Both the position numbers and the translations under genes were made by a program. Positions 27,059 to 39,782 of a stretch of DNA of 64,000 nt are shown here, one piece after another. Where the stretch lies: NCBI GenBank assembly GCA_013239625.1, contig MU053561.1, positions 870,826 through 934,825 of the forward strand. The letters run 5' to 3'. The stretch's first letter is position 1, and the number at the start of each line of letters is the position of its first letter. Source of the stretch: Lama guanicoe (Eukaryota). The notes beneath the pieces are model-generated. The model was given only the letters and a program-made list of their open reading frames with translations. It had not been told where the DNA came from and searched no databases.

Positions 27059-28200
27059 AAAACACTGAGCATAAATGCCTACAACATTGTAGTTGTGCAA
27101 TAAATTATGGCTGTTACTAGTAATATTTTTATTGTTGCTGTTAAAAATGATAATGATTCATTTAATTTTTTCAGAAGCTTTTATTTAGAGCGCAGTTACT
27201 GATAGACATTCATTTTTGGCTTTTCACTATAGAATGCAAAATCATTCAAAGGAAAAGTAGCATTTTTCACCCTATATTAGGGACAGAAAATATTAAAAAA
27301 ATTCTTTTTTGAACTCAAAGGCTTACAAATACAGAGGCATATTTTTTCTTCCCATTTCCTATTACAACTTTAATAATAGAAAGTGTAAACCAGTGGGAAA
27401 ACATGACCATGACAAAAATGATTTTATACTTTAAAAAATTATGCAGAATTTAAAATGTCTTTTAAAGAAATTTTAAAAAAAACTAAGTATGATTTTTATC
27501 AAAAGTATAAGAAAACTGAAGCATGAAAAATTAAATAACTTTATCAAGAAGTAATATTAGAAATAGAGTATAGGTTTCCTAATTTTTAGCCCAAGATCCT
27601 GCACACTAAATTATAATATTAGCAATTATTTTTAAAGGAAACTGAATTAACAGTAGACTTTAGCCCTAATGCTATGGCCTTTATTTCCTTAACTACAAAA
27701 TGAATGGAATTATGTGAGAAACCCTTGGGCCCCTTTAATCTCCAGTGAAATTTGATTCTGTGTCTGAAGTCTTTGTAACTGACCACCAGAACCATAGTCA
27801 TCTTTTCCTCTTGGGAACTTCTGTCTTTACCCCACTATTTATCTTTCCAAACTGGTCACAATCATATTGTCACATTGTACTGTAACTTAACATTTTTGTA
27901 AGCATATCCTCTGTCTCCAATTAGATTGCATTTTCTTGGAGATACAGACATTTTCTTATGTGCCTTTGTATTTGTAAGCTTTCGAGTGCAAAAAGAATTT
28001 TTTTTAATATCATTTTCTGTCTCCTCATAGCACCTAACATAGTGCTTTGCATAGAGTAGGAACAATATAAATGCATAAGGATGAAGATTGTCAGATAGGA
28101 GTTAAAAAAAAATAAGACAACAATCATAGCTATGGTAACACTGGCATAGGATTCATGGATTCTGCTTCAAAAGCATTATGTTTGTTTTCCTTTGTTCCAG

Positions 28201-28458
28201 AAAGATGCCACCAAGCGAATATTCTCTGGCATTCAGCCTACAGGAATTCCCCACCTTGGCAATTACCTGGGAGCTATTGAGAGCTGGGTGAGATTACAGG
28301 ATGAGCATGGCTCTGTGCTGTACAGCATCGTTGACCTACACTCCATCACTGTCCCCCAAGACCCAGCCTTCCTCCGGCAGAGCATCTTGGACATGACTGC
28401 TGCTCTTCTTGCCTGCGGCATAAACCCAGAGAAGTGCATCCTTTTCCAACAATCTCAG
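28201..28458 (+). CDS. WARS2: WARS2 coding exon (exon 2 by homology), 258 nt, phase 0-0; Rossmann-fold N-terminal part with HIGH-type motif
   Basis: Translates to [86 protein letters not shown], a bacterial-type TrpRS (SGIQPTG..HLGN, VDLHSIT). Acceptor tttgttttcctttgttccag ends at 28200; donor CAG|gtcagc starts at 28459. Confidence 0.97.
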
Positions 28459-30774
28459 GTCAGCTTCTCAGATTAGAACTGCGAAAACTTCCATTTTCAG
28501 ATTATTTGAGGAATAATTTGAGTAGTTTATATAGCTCCTGTTTGTGATTTTTAAAAAATCGTTCAAGGGTGATTTCATCAAATGTGAATGTTTCATTTTA
28601 ATGTTTTCCCTGTATTCATATCACCGAGTATCATTATAATGCAATAGTATTTTTCAACTGTTCCTCCACTATATGTGGTAAATTTATAATGATTCATATA
28701 CCAAAAAGTTGTATCTCATTAGTACTTCTAATCCTGGAATTGTTTTTCTCTGCTGGGTTGCATTCAAACTGATGAATTCATGCTGTTGACTAGTCTCCTG
28801 GTGATCAGGGATAGAATTTAACGACCTATGGTTTTGTGTAACTTCAATGTTGCTTTGTTGGGTATTGCTTTTGGAAGGTCTATTGGATAATTCCCATTGT
28901 TCATTCTTTGTATAATAGCTTTTGAGAAGATTTGAAAGAACTAGCTAGGAAATTGGAAGACAATGTCCAGTGTCTTGAGTCCAAGCCAAGAAAGGCTTCA
29001 GAACAAAGCCAGAATATTTGACTCATATCTTTACTATGGATGAATCAGTTTACTCTTGGACAGGCAGAGAGCCTGGACCAGAGACAGGGCACTTAAGAGA
29101 CTCCCTAGGAAAGAAGATGAAAATTTTAACTGGATCATGCCCTCATTACATGTCTACTTTAACCTTGTGTCTAAGTCCCAGCCACGGAATGATATGCAGT
29201 ACATGTTATGGCATATGTTAATGTGTATAGATGTGTGGTACATGTTATACATGTATATAACTCCTTCCTTGATCATAAACTTCTGACAATCATTATTTTG
29301 TGTATATCTAATTACCCATAGAACTTAATGTAATTCACACAGAACAACTATTTTTAAAATATGTCATAAATGAAAAGACTTTCTTCAAAACATAAATGCA
29401 TTTATCAACTTAAAGTTGTTGCCAGCTTAGAGATAATTTGATAAAATAATAGAATCTAATCATTAAAATGACCATAAAGGCAATTTATCTCAATTTCCTT
29501 CCTTTCAGTTGGTCAGGAAGTCTTTCCCTGCATATGACTTTTTTTTTTAATACATATGACTTTTCAAATTCATCTTGGACAGATCTAATTGTTATAAAGT
29601 ACTTGCTTATACTGAGCAAACACCTGCCTCGCTGTAACTTCAATCCACTCATTTAACTTCTCTCTAAAATTCATAGTAAGCCAACTCTGTCTTCTACATG
29701 ACCGCTCTTCAAATACTTGGAGACATTTGTTGTGCACCATCCCTACCCTTCAGGTCCTTATCTCATAGGCCTTACTGTCTTCAAACTAGTCCCTAGATCT
29801 CTCACCCTCTTGGTTTTCCTACCTCAGAAGCACTCCTACCTTCTCTCTGAAAGGAATGTGTGTCTCATATTTCATGAAACAATGTGTATTCAAACTCTTC
29901 ACATCCATCCCTGATATTATAATGCTGGTCATCATTAGAGCCAGTTTTTGAGTCACCTAATGCATTTTCCAAAGCCTACCATCTTCATTCCATCTTACTG
30001 TTTTTGATATAAGCTCTCTTTTGATCCTTATGTGATTCTTTTTTAAATTGTATTCTCAGTACCTATTTCCATACTTCTTAATATGTGAAAATGTCTAATC
30101 TCCACCAAGTAACCACTTGTCAGATTCCTTTTTAAGTGACCTTTAAAATTCAAGGCTTATTCACAACCATATCCAATACTTACACTTTGAGCTATACCCC
30201 TAGAATTATCACCATGTTATAAAAATTTTCTCCATTGTAAAGGATTTTTGGCAGTAACCTCCATAAACATCTAAAATTTGCAAAAATTGAGGTATCTTCT
30301 TCCACATGGTACGTTGTTGTTCAAAATAACAATTGAAAGAGGAACCCACAGTATGGGCGCCTTTGTAAGAAATCTCTTATAAATGAGCGATAATGAAATT
30401 TACCTTCCTTTTGGTTTTTCTGTGTTACATAATGAGCTCACTGGTTCCCAAAGTGGTTGTGGATCTAGATCAGAGAGTGGAGGCAACTGGGGTTGCCTGT
30501 TTCCTCAGTGGCCTCTAAACTACCAATCCCCCTCCTTCCATCCCTGACTTAAACTCCCTTAGGGCAATTTCAATCCTTTGCTGGTAAAATTTGAGGGAAG
30601 TACTCATCAGCCCACATTGCACAATTTGTCCCACAAAGACAGTATGAAAGACTTCCTCAGGGGTCCTTCTGTCCTCAAGACATGCTTGGCTGAGGCCATT
30701 TCCTTCTTTAACTTGGGCCACCAGCCTTATCACAACTCAGTAGATGAGCTAGATATTTTATCAGGTTTTCTTTC

Positions 30775-31240
30775 CTTTTAAAATATTTAATAAAGAAACT
30801 TAAATATACACAGAAGAGTTAGAGTGAGGAGTATACTGTATCTCCATTGTCTCATCAATTTTTGTTGCTGTTGCTGAAGTATTTGAAAGCAGATACCACA
30901 CATCATGACATTTTATGCCCAAAATATTTCAGCATGCCTCTCTATAAACTAAGGAAGTTTTCTTACATAACCACAATACTGTCATCACACCTAACAAAGT
31001 TAATGATAATTTCATATTATCAAGTTATTTATATATTAGTTATATGATAACATGGAATTATAATAATATTGTTATCGTATCATGGTCAAATTGCGCTGAT
31101 TCTCCCAAAATATCTTTGATATTGGCTTGTTTGAATGATAGTGATCTAACCAAGGTCTACATATCACAGTTGATTATGGATCTTAAGTCTCTTTTTTTTC
31201 CATACCTTTTGATTTGTTGATTAAATTTTGTTTCCTGTAA
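30775..31240 (-). mobile_element. Old LINE-1 (L1MC-like) 3' remnant
   Basis: aaatatttcagcatgcctctc...tcttacataaccacaatactgtcatcacacctaac. Confidence 0.6.
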
Positions 31241-32056
31241 AGTTAATCCTTCTGCGCTTAAAAAAAATTAAAACTTTGGTTTCTCTGCTCCCACTCTTTT
31301 CATGCTTTTGATGTGTTAATTGGGTTTTCTTTTATTTGCTATGAAATTAGCTCTTTTGAACATAAAAATAAACCTTAAGTTTTTGTTGCTTTCTCTTTGC
31401 ACTCATCTGTGTCAGCTGATGTTTAATGGCCATAACCTGCTATCCCACATAATTGCTCATCATCATTTGTAATAGTTTGAATAGAAACTATGTTTGCATA
31501 GCACCTGTGGAGTGCCTGGGAAGAAGTGCCTGGACATCAGAATGGCCATAAAGCCTCAAGCTGTTCATGGAGGCTGGCAGGAAGTTCTTCTCTGTGCTTA
31601 TCTTGAAACTGTGAAGGCATGTATTGGCTTTTGCTTGTTAGAATCATTTTCAAGTAGAAGTATAATTAAATAACCTAATTGTCTCCCTGAAACAATTATT
31701 ATTTTGAACACCTGGCCCCATATTTGCAGTGTTCTAGTAGGCAAAAGAATCATCATGGTGTTGGTATTTTATGTCTTGCAATACAAAAATCAATTAATAA
31801 CTGCTTTATCAACCTATGGAGTCTCCAGGAGATGGGGATTGAAAAGAAAATATAACATCTCTAAATGTGCAATGTACCAGCCTTTTCATATATGTGACCT
31901 CTCTTTTAATCTCCAAAATGACATATGAGTTAAGCATTACTGTTTCTTCAAGATGAATAAATTAAGGTACGAAAAGATTAAGTAAATTAGATAATATACT
32001 TAAAACCATCTCTGAGAGGTGCATCGTACTCAGTAGAGACTAAACAAATATATCTT

Positions 32057-32231
32057 TTTTTTAAATTGAAGTATAGTCAGTTACAGTGTATCAATTTCTG
32101 GTATACAGCATAATGTCCCAGTCATCCATATATGTTCATTTTCATATTCTTTTTCATTAAAGGTTATTATAAGATGTTGAATATAGTTCCCTGTGCTATA
32201 CAGAAGAAATTTGTTTTTTATCTATTTTTAT
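32057..32231 (-). mobile_element. Short LINE-1 3'UTR insertion
   Basis: Same 3' end as the 36665 copy (ttaaattgaagtatagtcagttacag...). TSD aacaaatatatctt at 32043-32056 and 32232-32245. Confidence 0.9.
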
Positions 32232-32334
32232 AACAAATATATCTTCTTAATTAGCTACCTGAGATCATGCAGCTTTCAGGGGGCAAATCTAGGACTCTCT
32301 TTTTCTTCCTAAGGCACCACTTTTGGAAGGTATA

Positions 32335-32672
32335 CAGACAATTTCTGATTTACAATGGTTTGACCTACGATTTTTATCTTTTTTTCAAGCTGGCAATATG
32401 CAGTATGGTACTCTTTTGTGATGCCTTTCACCTTCAGTATAGTATTCAATAAATTACACGAGATATTTAACACTTTATTATAATAAAGGCTTTGTGTTAG
32501 ATGATTTTGCCCACCTGTAGGCTAAAGGAAGTGTTCTGAGCACGTTTAAGGTAGGCTAGACTAAGCTATGTTGTTTGGTAGATTGGTATGTTAAATGCAT
32601 TTTCGACTTAGAAAATTTTCAACTTAACGATGAGTATATCAGGATGCCCCATCATGAGTTGAAGAAGCTCTG
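32335..32672. mobile_element. Tigger-family MITE (MER47/Tigger5-like)
   Basis: TA|CAG...CTG|TA ends; internal gtgttctgagcacgtttaaggtaggctag is shared with the 45612 copy. Confidence 0.8.
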
Positions 32673-33340
32673 TACTCACAGGGCAAGAACCTTTTTCTGT
32701 CTCCCACCATGCCTTTGACTCTGGAGCTGATGGCAGACGGGCAGTGCAGAGCCAGAGCTGACCTCAGGGTCCTGGACGATTAAATTACCCTTTCACCCTG
32801 ACCTGAGTCTCACAGATAGACAGTCCCTTCCCTACATTGTAGCCCTGGTCATCTTTCTACTTGAAACACATCAGCACCTCTCTCCTACCCTCAGGGTAAA
32901 AATCTAAGCTGAGTTTCTGGAAAGCCCTTCAAGCATGAGGCCCTTGAGAACATGAGGTCAGTGTTTCTTCCACTCCACTGCTTTTTATCACAGGTTATTT
33001 TGTGTTCAAACAATCTGATTCACTTTTGCCAACAATTCTTCAAAGCAGAAGTTGGAGTATTTTCTTCTGGTTTTATTTTGAGAAAATGTGATAAAGCAAT
33101 TCTTATGAAACATAACCTTAGTGATTGGTTGTGAAATTTTAACAAGGTTTTTTGTTAGTTCCTTAATATTGGGAATTTTGTAGTGCATTTAGTCATTTAG
33201 TTGATCATTAAATATGATTGGAATTTAGAAAACAATTATAGTTAAAGTGTTGGGAGCCAATGCTAGTTAAAATGAGTCATGCTTGCATCTCCCCATACAC
33301 AATTTTTCACAAGTAAAATTAAGAATTTTTAAGAATTGTG

Positions 33341-33415
33341 CTGTACACCAGAAATTGACACAACATTGTAAACTGGCTGTACCTCAATAAAAACGGGGGG
33401 GGGGATGGAGAAAAA
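33341..33415 (+). mobile_element. Ultra-short LINE-1 3' tip with a G-run in its tail
   Basis: ctgtacaccagaaattgacacaacattgtaaactggctgtacctcaataaaaa matches the L1 terminus at 51935-51990. A degenerate TSD flanks it. Confidence 0.7.
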
Positions 33416-33814
33416 AAGGATTTTTGAAATTGTGAAATAGAGGAAAAAAAATTTTTTTAATATTATATAAGTACTCTTTTCATGTCTGTCCATTGTGTCA
33501 AGCACAGTAGTTAGAGATAAATATAAAGCCTCGTTCCCCAAGTGCCATTGTTGTACATTGGAGTAAGTTCTAGTAATCATCTGAAATAGGGAAAGAATTT
33601 AGCTAGCTATGTTATAATGCTGATTTTTACCAATAATTTTTGTCTCTAGTCCTTTACATTCTTTCTCAGCAGTCTGACTGGAACAATTTAGCCTTATTGA
33701 AGATTTTTCTCATTATTTTCTTTTTCTTTCTTTCCCACTGGCCTCTAGTCATGGGTCTTCCCTAAAATATGTTTGCCATATGTGGGAAATTTTACAGAGC
33801 CTCTCCTCTGAAAG

Positions 33815-33882
33815 GTGTGTGTGTGTGTGTGTGTATGTGTGTGTGGAATAGAGAGAGAGGGGCTCTGCCTGTGTGTGTGTGT
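33815..33882 (+). repeat. (GT)10-AT-(GT)4 ... (GT)6 repeat
   Basis: Read directly from the sequence. Confidence 0.95.
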
Positions 33883-34892
33883 CTGGCAGAGGTTTCCATC
33901 CCGATGCCAAAGTCAATGGTCTTTTATTTCTAGCAGGCCTGAGTGCAGATCCAATCTGATTCCCACAGCTGTCTCTGAGGTGCATGTCTCCACATCTTTA
34001 GTTGTTACTTTGCTTGTGATTGAATCACCCTGCAGATGGAAGATAAAAGCTGGAGTTCATAGCTTTAGGCACTGGCTTCCTGCCAAGGCTGGGCGAAAAG
34101 GACAGTTTTGACCATCAGACATTACATTACAGAGGGGCCAAAACAGTCCAGGGAAGAGTCGAGGGAGACGAATGGAATCTCCAGCTTCGGAATGTGGCCT
34201 TATTCTCTAGTTAGAGTTAGATTTTGTTTCCCAGGAAACTAAAATCAATAATAATAATAATAAAGGAAAGAGGGCTTTGGGAGGAACCAATTTCTGATCG
34301 AAGGCCAAAGGAACTGACTACATGAATCTTGGCTCAAACAAAAGTTGTCCCGTATCTTAGAGGTATAAAACCAAAGCCTAAACTAGGACAGAGAATCTCT
34401 CATGTTTTCACTTATCCTAGTCATTTTGGAAGCATATTTGAGTACATATTTATATTTGTCAAATTCTCAAAGTTGTCAGGCTACCGATAGCAGGTATACA
34501 TTCGACTCACAACAGAAAGGGAGCAACAAACTTTTGTATAGGTTAATGATCTTGAGAAATCTATTTGTAAAATAGGCATCATCTCCAAAGTTTCCAGGGA
34601 GAGACAAAGGACTTAAATGGCCCATGACATAAATAATAAAGAGAAGTTAGGAATGTTATTATATACCCAAATTTCTCATGCAATTCCCTGCTCTAAAAAG
34701 TTTCCACCAGCACCATTTCCTTGCCTAGATCTATATCCGTGTGTGATTTGATGAGAAGTTGTAGTATGTGTGCTGTTTCCATCCCGGACCACAGGGTTAG
34801 GTCCCATCTCAATTATATCTCCAAGAAGAGTTCTTTTTAACTATCAGGGCAGTAGTGGAAAGAGTATGGGCTTTGAAGCCAGATACAGTTTG

Positions 34893-35007
34893 CTTGCATT
34901 TTGTTGTTGTTGTTGTTGTTGTTGTTAATGGAGGCACTGGGGACTGAACCCAGGACCTCGTGCATTCTAAGCAGGCACTCTCCCACTGAGGTATATCCCC
35001 AACCCCA
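34893..35007 (-). mobile_element. tRNA-derived SINE, Vic-1-like, with an (AAC)n tail, inserted in a MIR
   Basis: Reverse complement of the 12446 element. TSD aagccagata(c/t)agtttg at 34876-34892 and 35008-35024. Confidence 0.88.
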
Positions 35008-35346
35008 AAGCCAGATATAGTTTGAATCTCACTGTGATCTCTTCTTGTGGTGACACACTGGGCAAGTTACTAAAGCTCTCTGAACCCCTTTTTAATGTCT
35101 ATAATAGGGATATTTAAATAATATGATGTATAATACCTGGCAGATGTTAACTTTCTCTCTCACCCTGCCCCACCACACACATCTTGCCCCCACCCCAGGC
35201 TCCTTGACTTGTTTAAGGGGGGGGGGTGGATTTGAAATTTGGAGAACAAATTAATGACAGTGTCCCTTTTTATACTCAATAATAAAATATTTTCAGAAGA
35301 GTTTGTTATCAAAGGTTTGGGGAGACTTTTAAAGAAATATTTCAAA

Positions 35347-35530
35347 ATTGTAGAATAGATAAACAAGATTACACTGTATAGCACAGGGAAATATACACAA
35401 AATGTTATGATAACTCACAGAGAAAAAAATGTGACAATGAGTGTGTATATGTCCATGAATGACTGAAAAATTGTGCTGAACGCTGGAATTTAACACAACA
35501 TTGTAAAATGATTATAAATTAAAAAAAAAA
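35347..35530 (+). mobile_element. Very short young LINE-1 3'UTR insertion
   Basis: Near-identical to 26860-27030. TSD aaagaaatatttcaaa (35331-35346) and aaagaaatgtttcaaa (35528-35543). Confidence 0.9.
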
Positions 35531-35544
35531 GAAATGTTTCAAAC

Positions 35545-36652
35545 ATTCAGAAAAGTATGAAGACGAATGGCTGCTTTTTGAAATGCTAACCTTTTGGCAT
35601 ACTTGCTTCGTGTCGCTTTTGTTTTTTAAGAAATAAAGCATTATAAGTATAGTTGAAACTTTGTGTTTAGCTGTCTCTAATCCCATTCTGCTTTCTGCCT
35701 CCCCAGAGGTAACCACCATACTGAATATAATATTGATCATTCCCGTGTGTGTTTATATTTTCATTGCATACAATTTGGCCATAACAATCCATGCTATTTA
35801 TTTTGTTTGTTTTAAAACTTCATATAAATAACATCATGATGCACATATCTTTCTACATCTGTATTTTTGTATGTAACATTAATTACATGGTTGAAATGTA
35901 TTCATTTTGACTGCTCTACAATGTTTCATTGTCTGGCTCTATCACAATATATTTAGCCATTTTCTTGGCATGGGATGTTTAGATTTTTCGAACTTTTTAT
36001 TACTGCAAGTAATACTACACTGGGCATACCTATATATGCTTTTTGTGCACATGTGAAAGGCTTTTCTAGGTATAAGTACCTAAGAGTGGAATCCTGAGCA
36101 CATATGACATATATATCATCGTTATTGGATATTGCCAGATTGCTCTCCAGATTGGTATTCCAATTCACAGTCATACCAAAAGAAGAGTTCCTTTTGGTCT
36201 ATGGCAATATTTGGCATTTTATTTTTGCCGTTGTAAAGGATGGAATATGCTACCTCATGTTGTTCTAATTTGCATTTCCCTGATTACTGGTAAGGTTAAG
36301 CATTTTTTTAATATGTTTTAAGCCTTTTGTTTTCTTCTGTGAATTATTTGTTCATCCCTTTTGTCCATATGAAAAATTTGTTTGTATTTTCTTATTGATT
36401 GAAGAAGTTCTTTACGTATCCTGAACACTAATCCTTTGTCTGTTATACATTACCTTTTTTCAGTCTGTGGCTTGTCTTTTAAAATTTTTAAACACTGTCT
36501 TTTGTTGTACAGAAATTTTCACTTTAATGAAGCCAACACAATCTTTGCCTATATGATTTTGTGCTTCTGGGTGTGTTTTTAAGAAATTGTTCTCTGGCTG
36601 AATGTGATAAAGCTATTCTGCATGATTATCTCCTAAATGGTTCAAAGTTTTG
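35545..36652 (-). mobile_element. Old LINE-1 (L1M/L1ME-like) remnant, host of the 36665 insertion
   Basis: ccccagaggtaaccaccatactgaat, ctaatttgcatttccctgattact and similar motifs. Boundaries approximate. Confidence 0.7.
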
Positions 36653-36664
36653 CTTTTCACATTT

Positions 36665-39600
36665 TTTTAAATTGAAGTATAGTCAGTTACAGTATGTCAG
36701 TTTCTGGTGTACAGCACAATATCCCAGTCATGCAAATGTATATATATATATTTGTTTTCATATTCTTTTTCATTAAAGGTTATTACAAGGTATTGAATAT
36801 AGTTCCCTGTGCTATACAGAAGAAATTTGTTTTTTAAATCTATTTTTATATATAGTAGCTAACATTTGCTAATCTCAAACTCCCAAATTTATCCCTCCCC
36901 AGCCCCATTCCCCCAGTAACCATAAGATTGTTAACTATTTCTGTGAGTCTATTTCTGTTTTGTAGATGAGTTCATTAGTATCCTCCTTTTTCTTTTTCTT
37001 TTTTTTTTAATTCCACATATGAGTCATATCATATGGTATTTTTCTTTATCTTTCTGGCTTACTTCACTTAGTATGACAGTCTCCAGGTCCACCCATGTTG
37101 CTGCCAATGGCATTATTTTATTCTTTTTTATAGTTAAGTAGTATTCCATTGTATAAATATACCACAACTTCTTTATCCACTCATCTGTCAATGGACATTA
37201 AAGTTGCTTCCATGTCTTGGCTATTGTATATATTGCTGCTATGAACATTGGGGTGCATGTATCTTTTTGAATTAGAGTTCCCTCTGGATATATGCCCAGG
37301 AGTGGGGTTGCTAGGTCATATGGTAAGTCTATTTTTGGTTTTTTGAGGAATCACCATACTATTTTCCATAATGGCTGCACCAAACTACATTCCCACCAGC
37401 CGTGAGGAGGATTCCCTTTTCTCCACACCCTCTCCAACATTTATTGTTTATAGACTTTTGAATCATGGCCATTCTGACTGGTGTGAGGTGTTACCTCATT
37501 GTAGTTTTGATTTACATTTCACTGATAATTAGCGATATTGAGCATTTTTTCACGTGCCTGTTGGCCATTTGTAATGTCTTCATTGGAGAATTGTTTGTTT
37601 AGGTCTTCTGCCCATTTTTGGATTGGGTTTTTTTTTTCTTATTAAGTTGTATGAACTGTATGTATCTTCTGGAAATTAAGCCCTTGTCAATCTCATCTTT
37701 GCAAACATTTTCTTCCATTTCATAAGTTGTTATTTTGTTTTACTTATGGTTTCCTTTGCTGTGCAAAAGCTTATACGTTTATTAGGTTCCATCTGTTTAT
37801 TTTTGCTTTTATTTCTATTGTTTGGGTAGACTGCCCTAGGAGAACATTGCTAATATTTATGTCAGATAACGTTTTACCTATGTTTTCTTCTAGGAGGTTT
37901 ATTGTGTCTTATCTTCTGTGTAAGTCTTTAAGCCATTTTGAGTTTACTTTTATGTATGGTGTGAGGGAATGTTCTAACTTCATTGATTTACATGCAACTG
38001 TCTAATTTCCTAACACCCACTTGCTGAAGAGGCTATCTTCCCCATTGTATATTTTTGCCTCCTTTGTCAAAGACTAATTGACCGTAGATACGTGGGTTTA
38101 TTTCTGGTCTCTCTATTCTGTTCCATCAATCTTTATGTCTGATTTTATGCTAATACCATACTGTTTTGACTACTGTAGCTCTGAAGTCTTGTCTGAAGTC
38201 TGGAAGGGTTATTCCTCCAGCTTCATTCTTTTTCTTTAGTATTGCTTTGGCAATTCTGGATCTTTTGAGATTCTATATAAATTTTAGGTTTTTTGTTTTA
38301 GTTCTGTGAAAAATATCATGGGTAATTTGATAGGGATTGCATTAAATCTGTACATTGCTTTGGGCAAAATTATGGCCATTTTAGCAATATTGAGTCTCCC
38401 AATCCAAGAGCATGGGATATTTTTCCATTTCTTTAAGTCATCTTTAATTTCCTTAATCAGTGTTTTGTAGTTCTCCATGTATAAGTCTTTTATCTCCTTG
38501 GTCAGATGTATTCCAAAGCATTTTATTGTTTTGGATGTGATCTTAAAAGGGATCGTTTCTTTACTTTCTTTTCCTGCTATTTCATTGTTAGTTTAAAGAA
38601 ATGCAACTGATTTCTGTATGTTAATCTTGTATCCTTCTACCTTGCCAAATTCTTTTATCAGCTCTAGTTGTTTCTGTGTGAATTTGTAGGGTTTTCTGTA
38701 TACAATATTATGTCATCCATATATAGTGACAGTTTTACCTCTTCTCTTCCAATTTGGATCCCTTTTGTTTCTTTTTCTTGCCTGATTGCTATGGCAAGGA
38801 CTTCCAAAACTATGTTGAATAGAAGTGGTGAGAGTGGGCATCCTTGTTCCAGATTTTAGTAGGAATGCTTTCAGTTTTTCACCATTGAGTATTACGCTGG
38901 CTGTGGTTTGTCATAAATAGTTTTTATTAAGTTGAGATATGTTCCCTCTATACCCACTTTGGTAAGAGTTTTTATCATAAATGGGTGTTGAATTTTATCA
39001 AATACTTTTTTCTGCATCTATTGAGATGATCATGTGATTTTTGTCTTTTGTGGATGTGGTGTATCACACTGATTGCTTTGCATGTGTTGAACAGTCCTTG
39101 TGTCACTGGGATGAATTCAACGTGATTATGGTGTATGATCTTTTTTATGTGCTGTTGGATTCTGTTTGCTAATATTTTGTTGAGGATTTTTGCATCAATG
39201 TTCATCAATGATATTTGCCTGTAATTTTCCTTTTTGGTAGTGTCTTTGTCTGGTTTTGGTATCAGGGTGATGATGGTTTCATAAAATGAGTTTGGGAGTA
39301 CTCCTTCCTTTTCAATCTTTTGGAAGAGTTTGAGAAGGATCCGTATGAGATCTTCTTTGTATGTTTGGTAGAATTCCCCAGTGAAGCCATCTGGTCCTGG
39401 ACTTTTGTTTGTAGGGAGATTTTTTATCACTTATTCTATTTCATTTCTAGTAATATGTCTGTTCAAGTGGTCTGTTTCTTCTTGATTCAGTCTTGGTGGA
39501 CTGTATGTTTCCAGAAACTTTTCCATTTCTTCTGGATTGTCCAATTTGTTTCCATATAGTTGTTTGTAGTATTCTCATATGGTTTTTTTTTTTGTATTTC

Positions 39601-39782
39601 TGTGGTATTGGTTGTAATTTCTCCATTTTTCTTTCTTATTTTATTTGGTTCTCTCTCTCTTCTTCTTGGTGAGCCTGGCCAGAGGTCTGTCAATTTTGTT
39701 TACTCTTTCAAAAAACCGTCTCTTGGTTTGATTGTTTATTTTCTATTTTTTTATCTCTCATTTATTTATTTCCTCTCTGATA
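36665..39782 (-). mobile_element. LINE-1, about 3.1 kb, 5'-truncated, with decayed ORF2 (RT region)
   Basis: ORF fragments [18 protein letters not shown]...[25 protein letters not shown] (38975-39430) and CSWIGRLNI...[11 protein letters not shown] (38284-38478). TSD cttttcacattt at 36653-36664 and 39783-39794. Confidence 0.95.

Noticed and set aside
33085..36625. Shared aatgtgataaagc(a/t)attct at about 33085 and 36601 (CDKAIL in two ORFs)
   Set aside because: A single match of about 19 nt without flanking similarity; chance or common old-repeat origin.
38975..39430. Reverse-transcriptase ORF as a retron, DGR or novel RT system
   Set aside because: It is a frameshifted fragment of ordinary L1 ORF2 in a mammalian intron.
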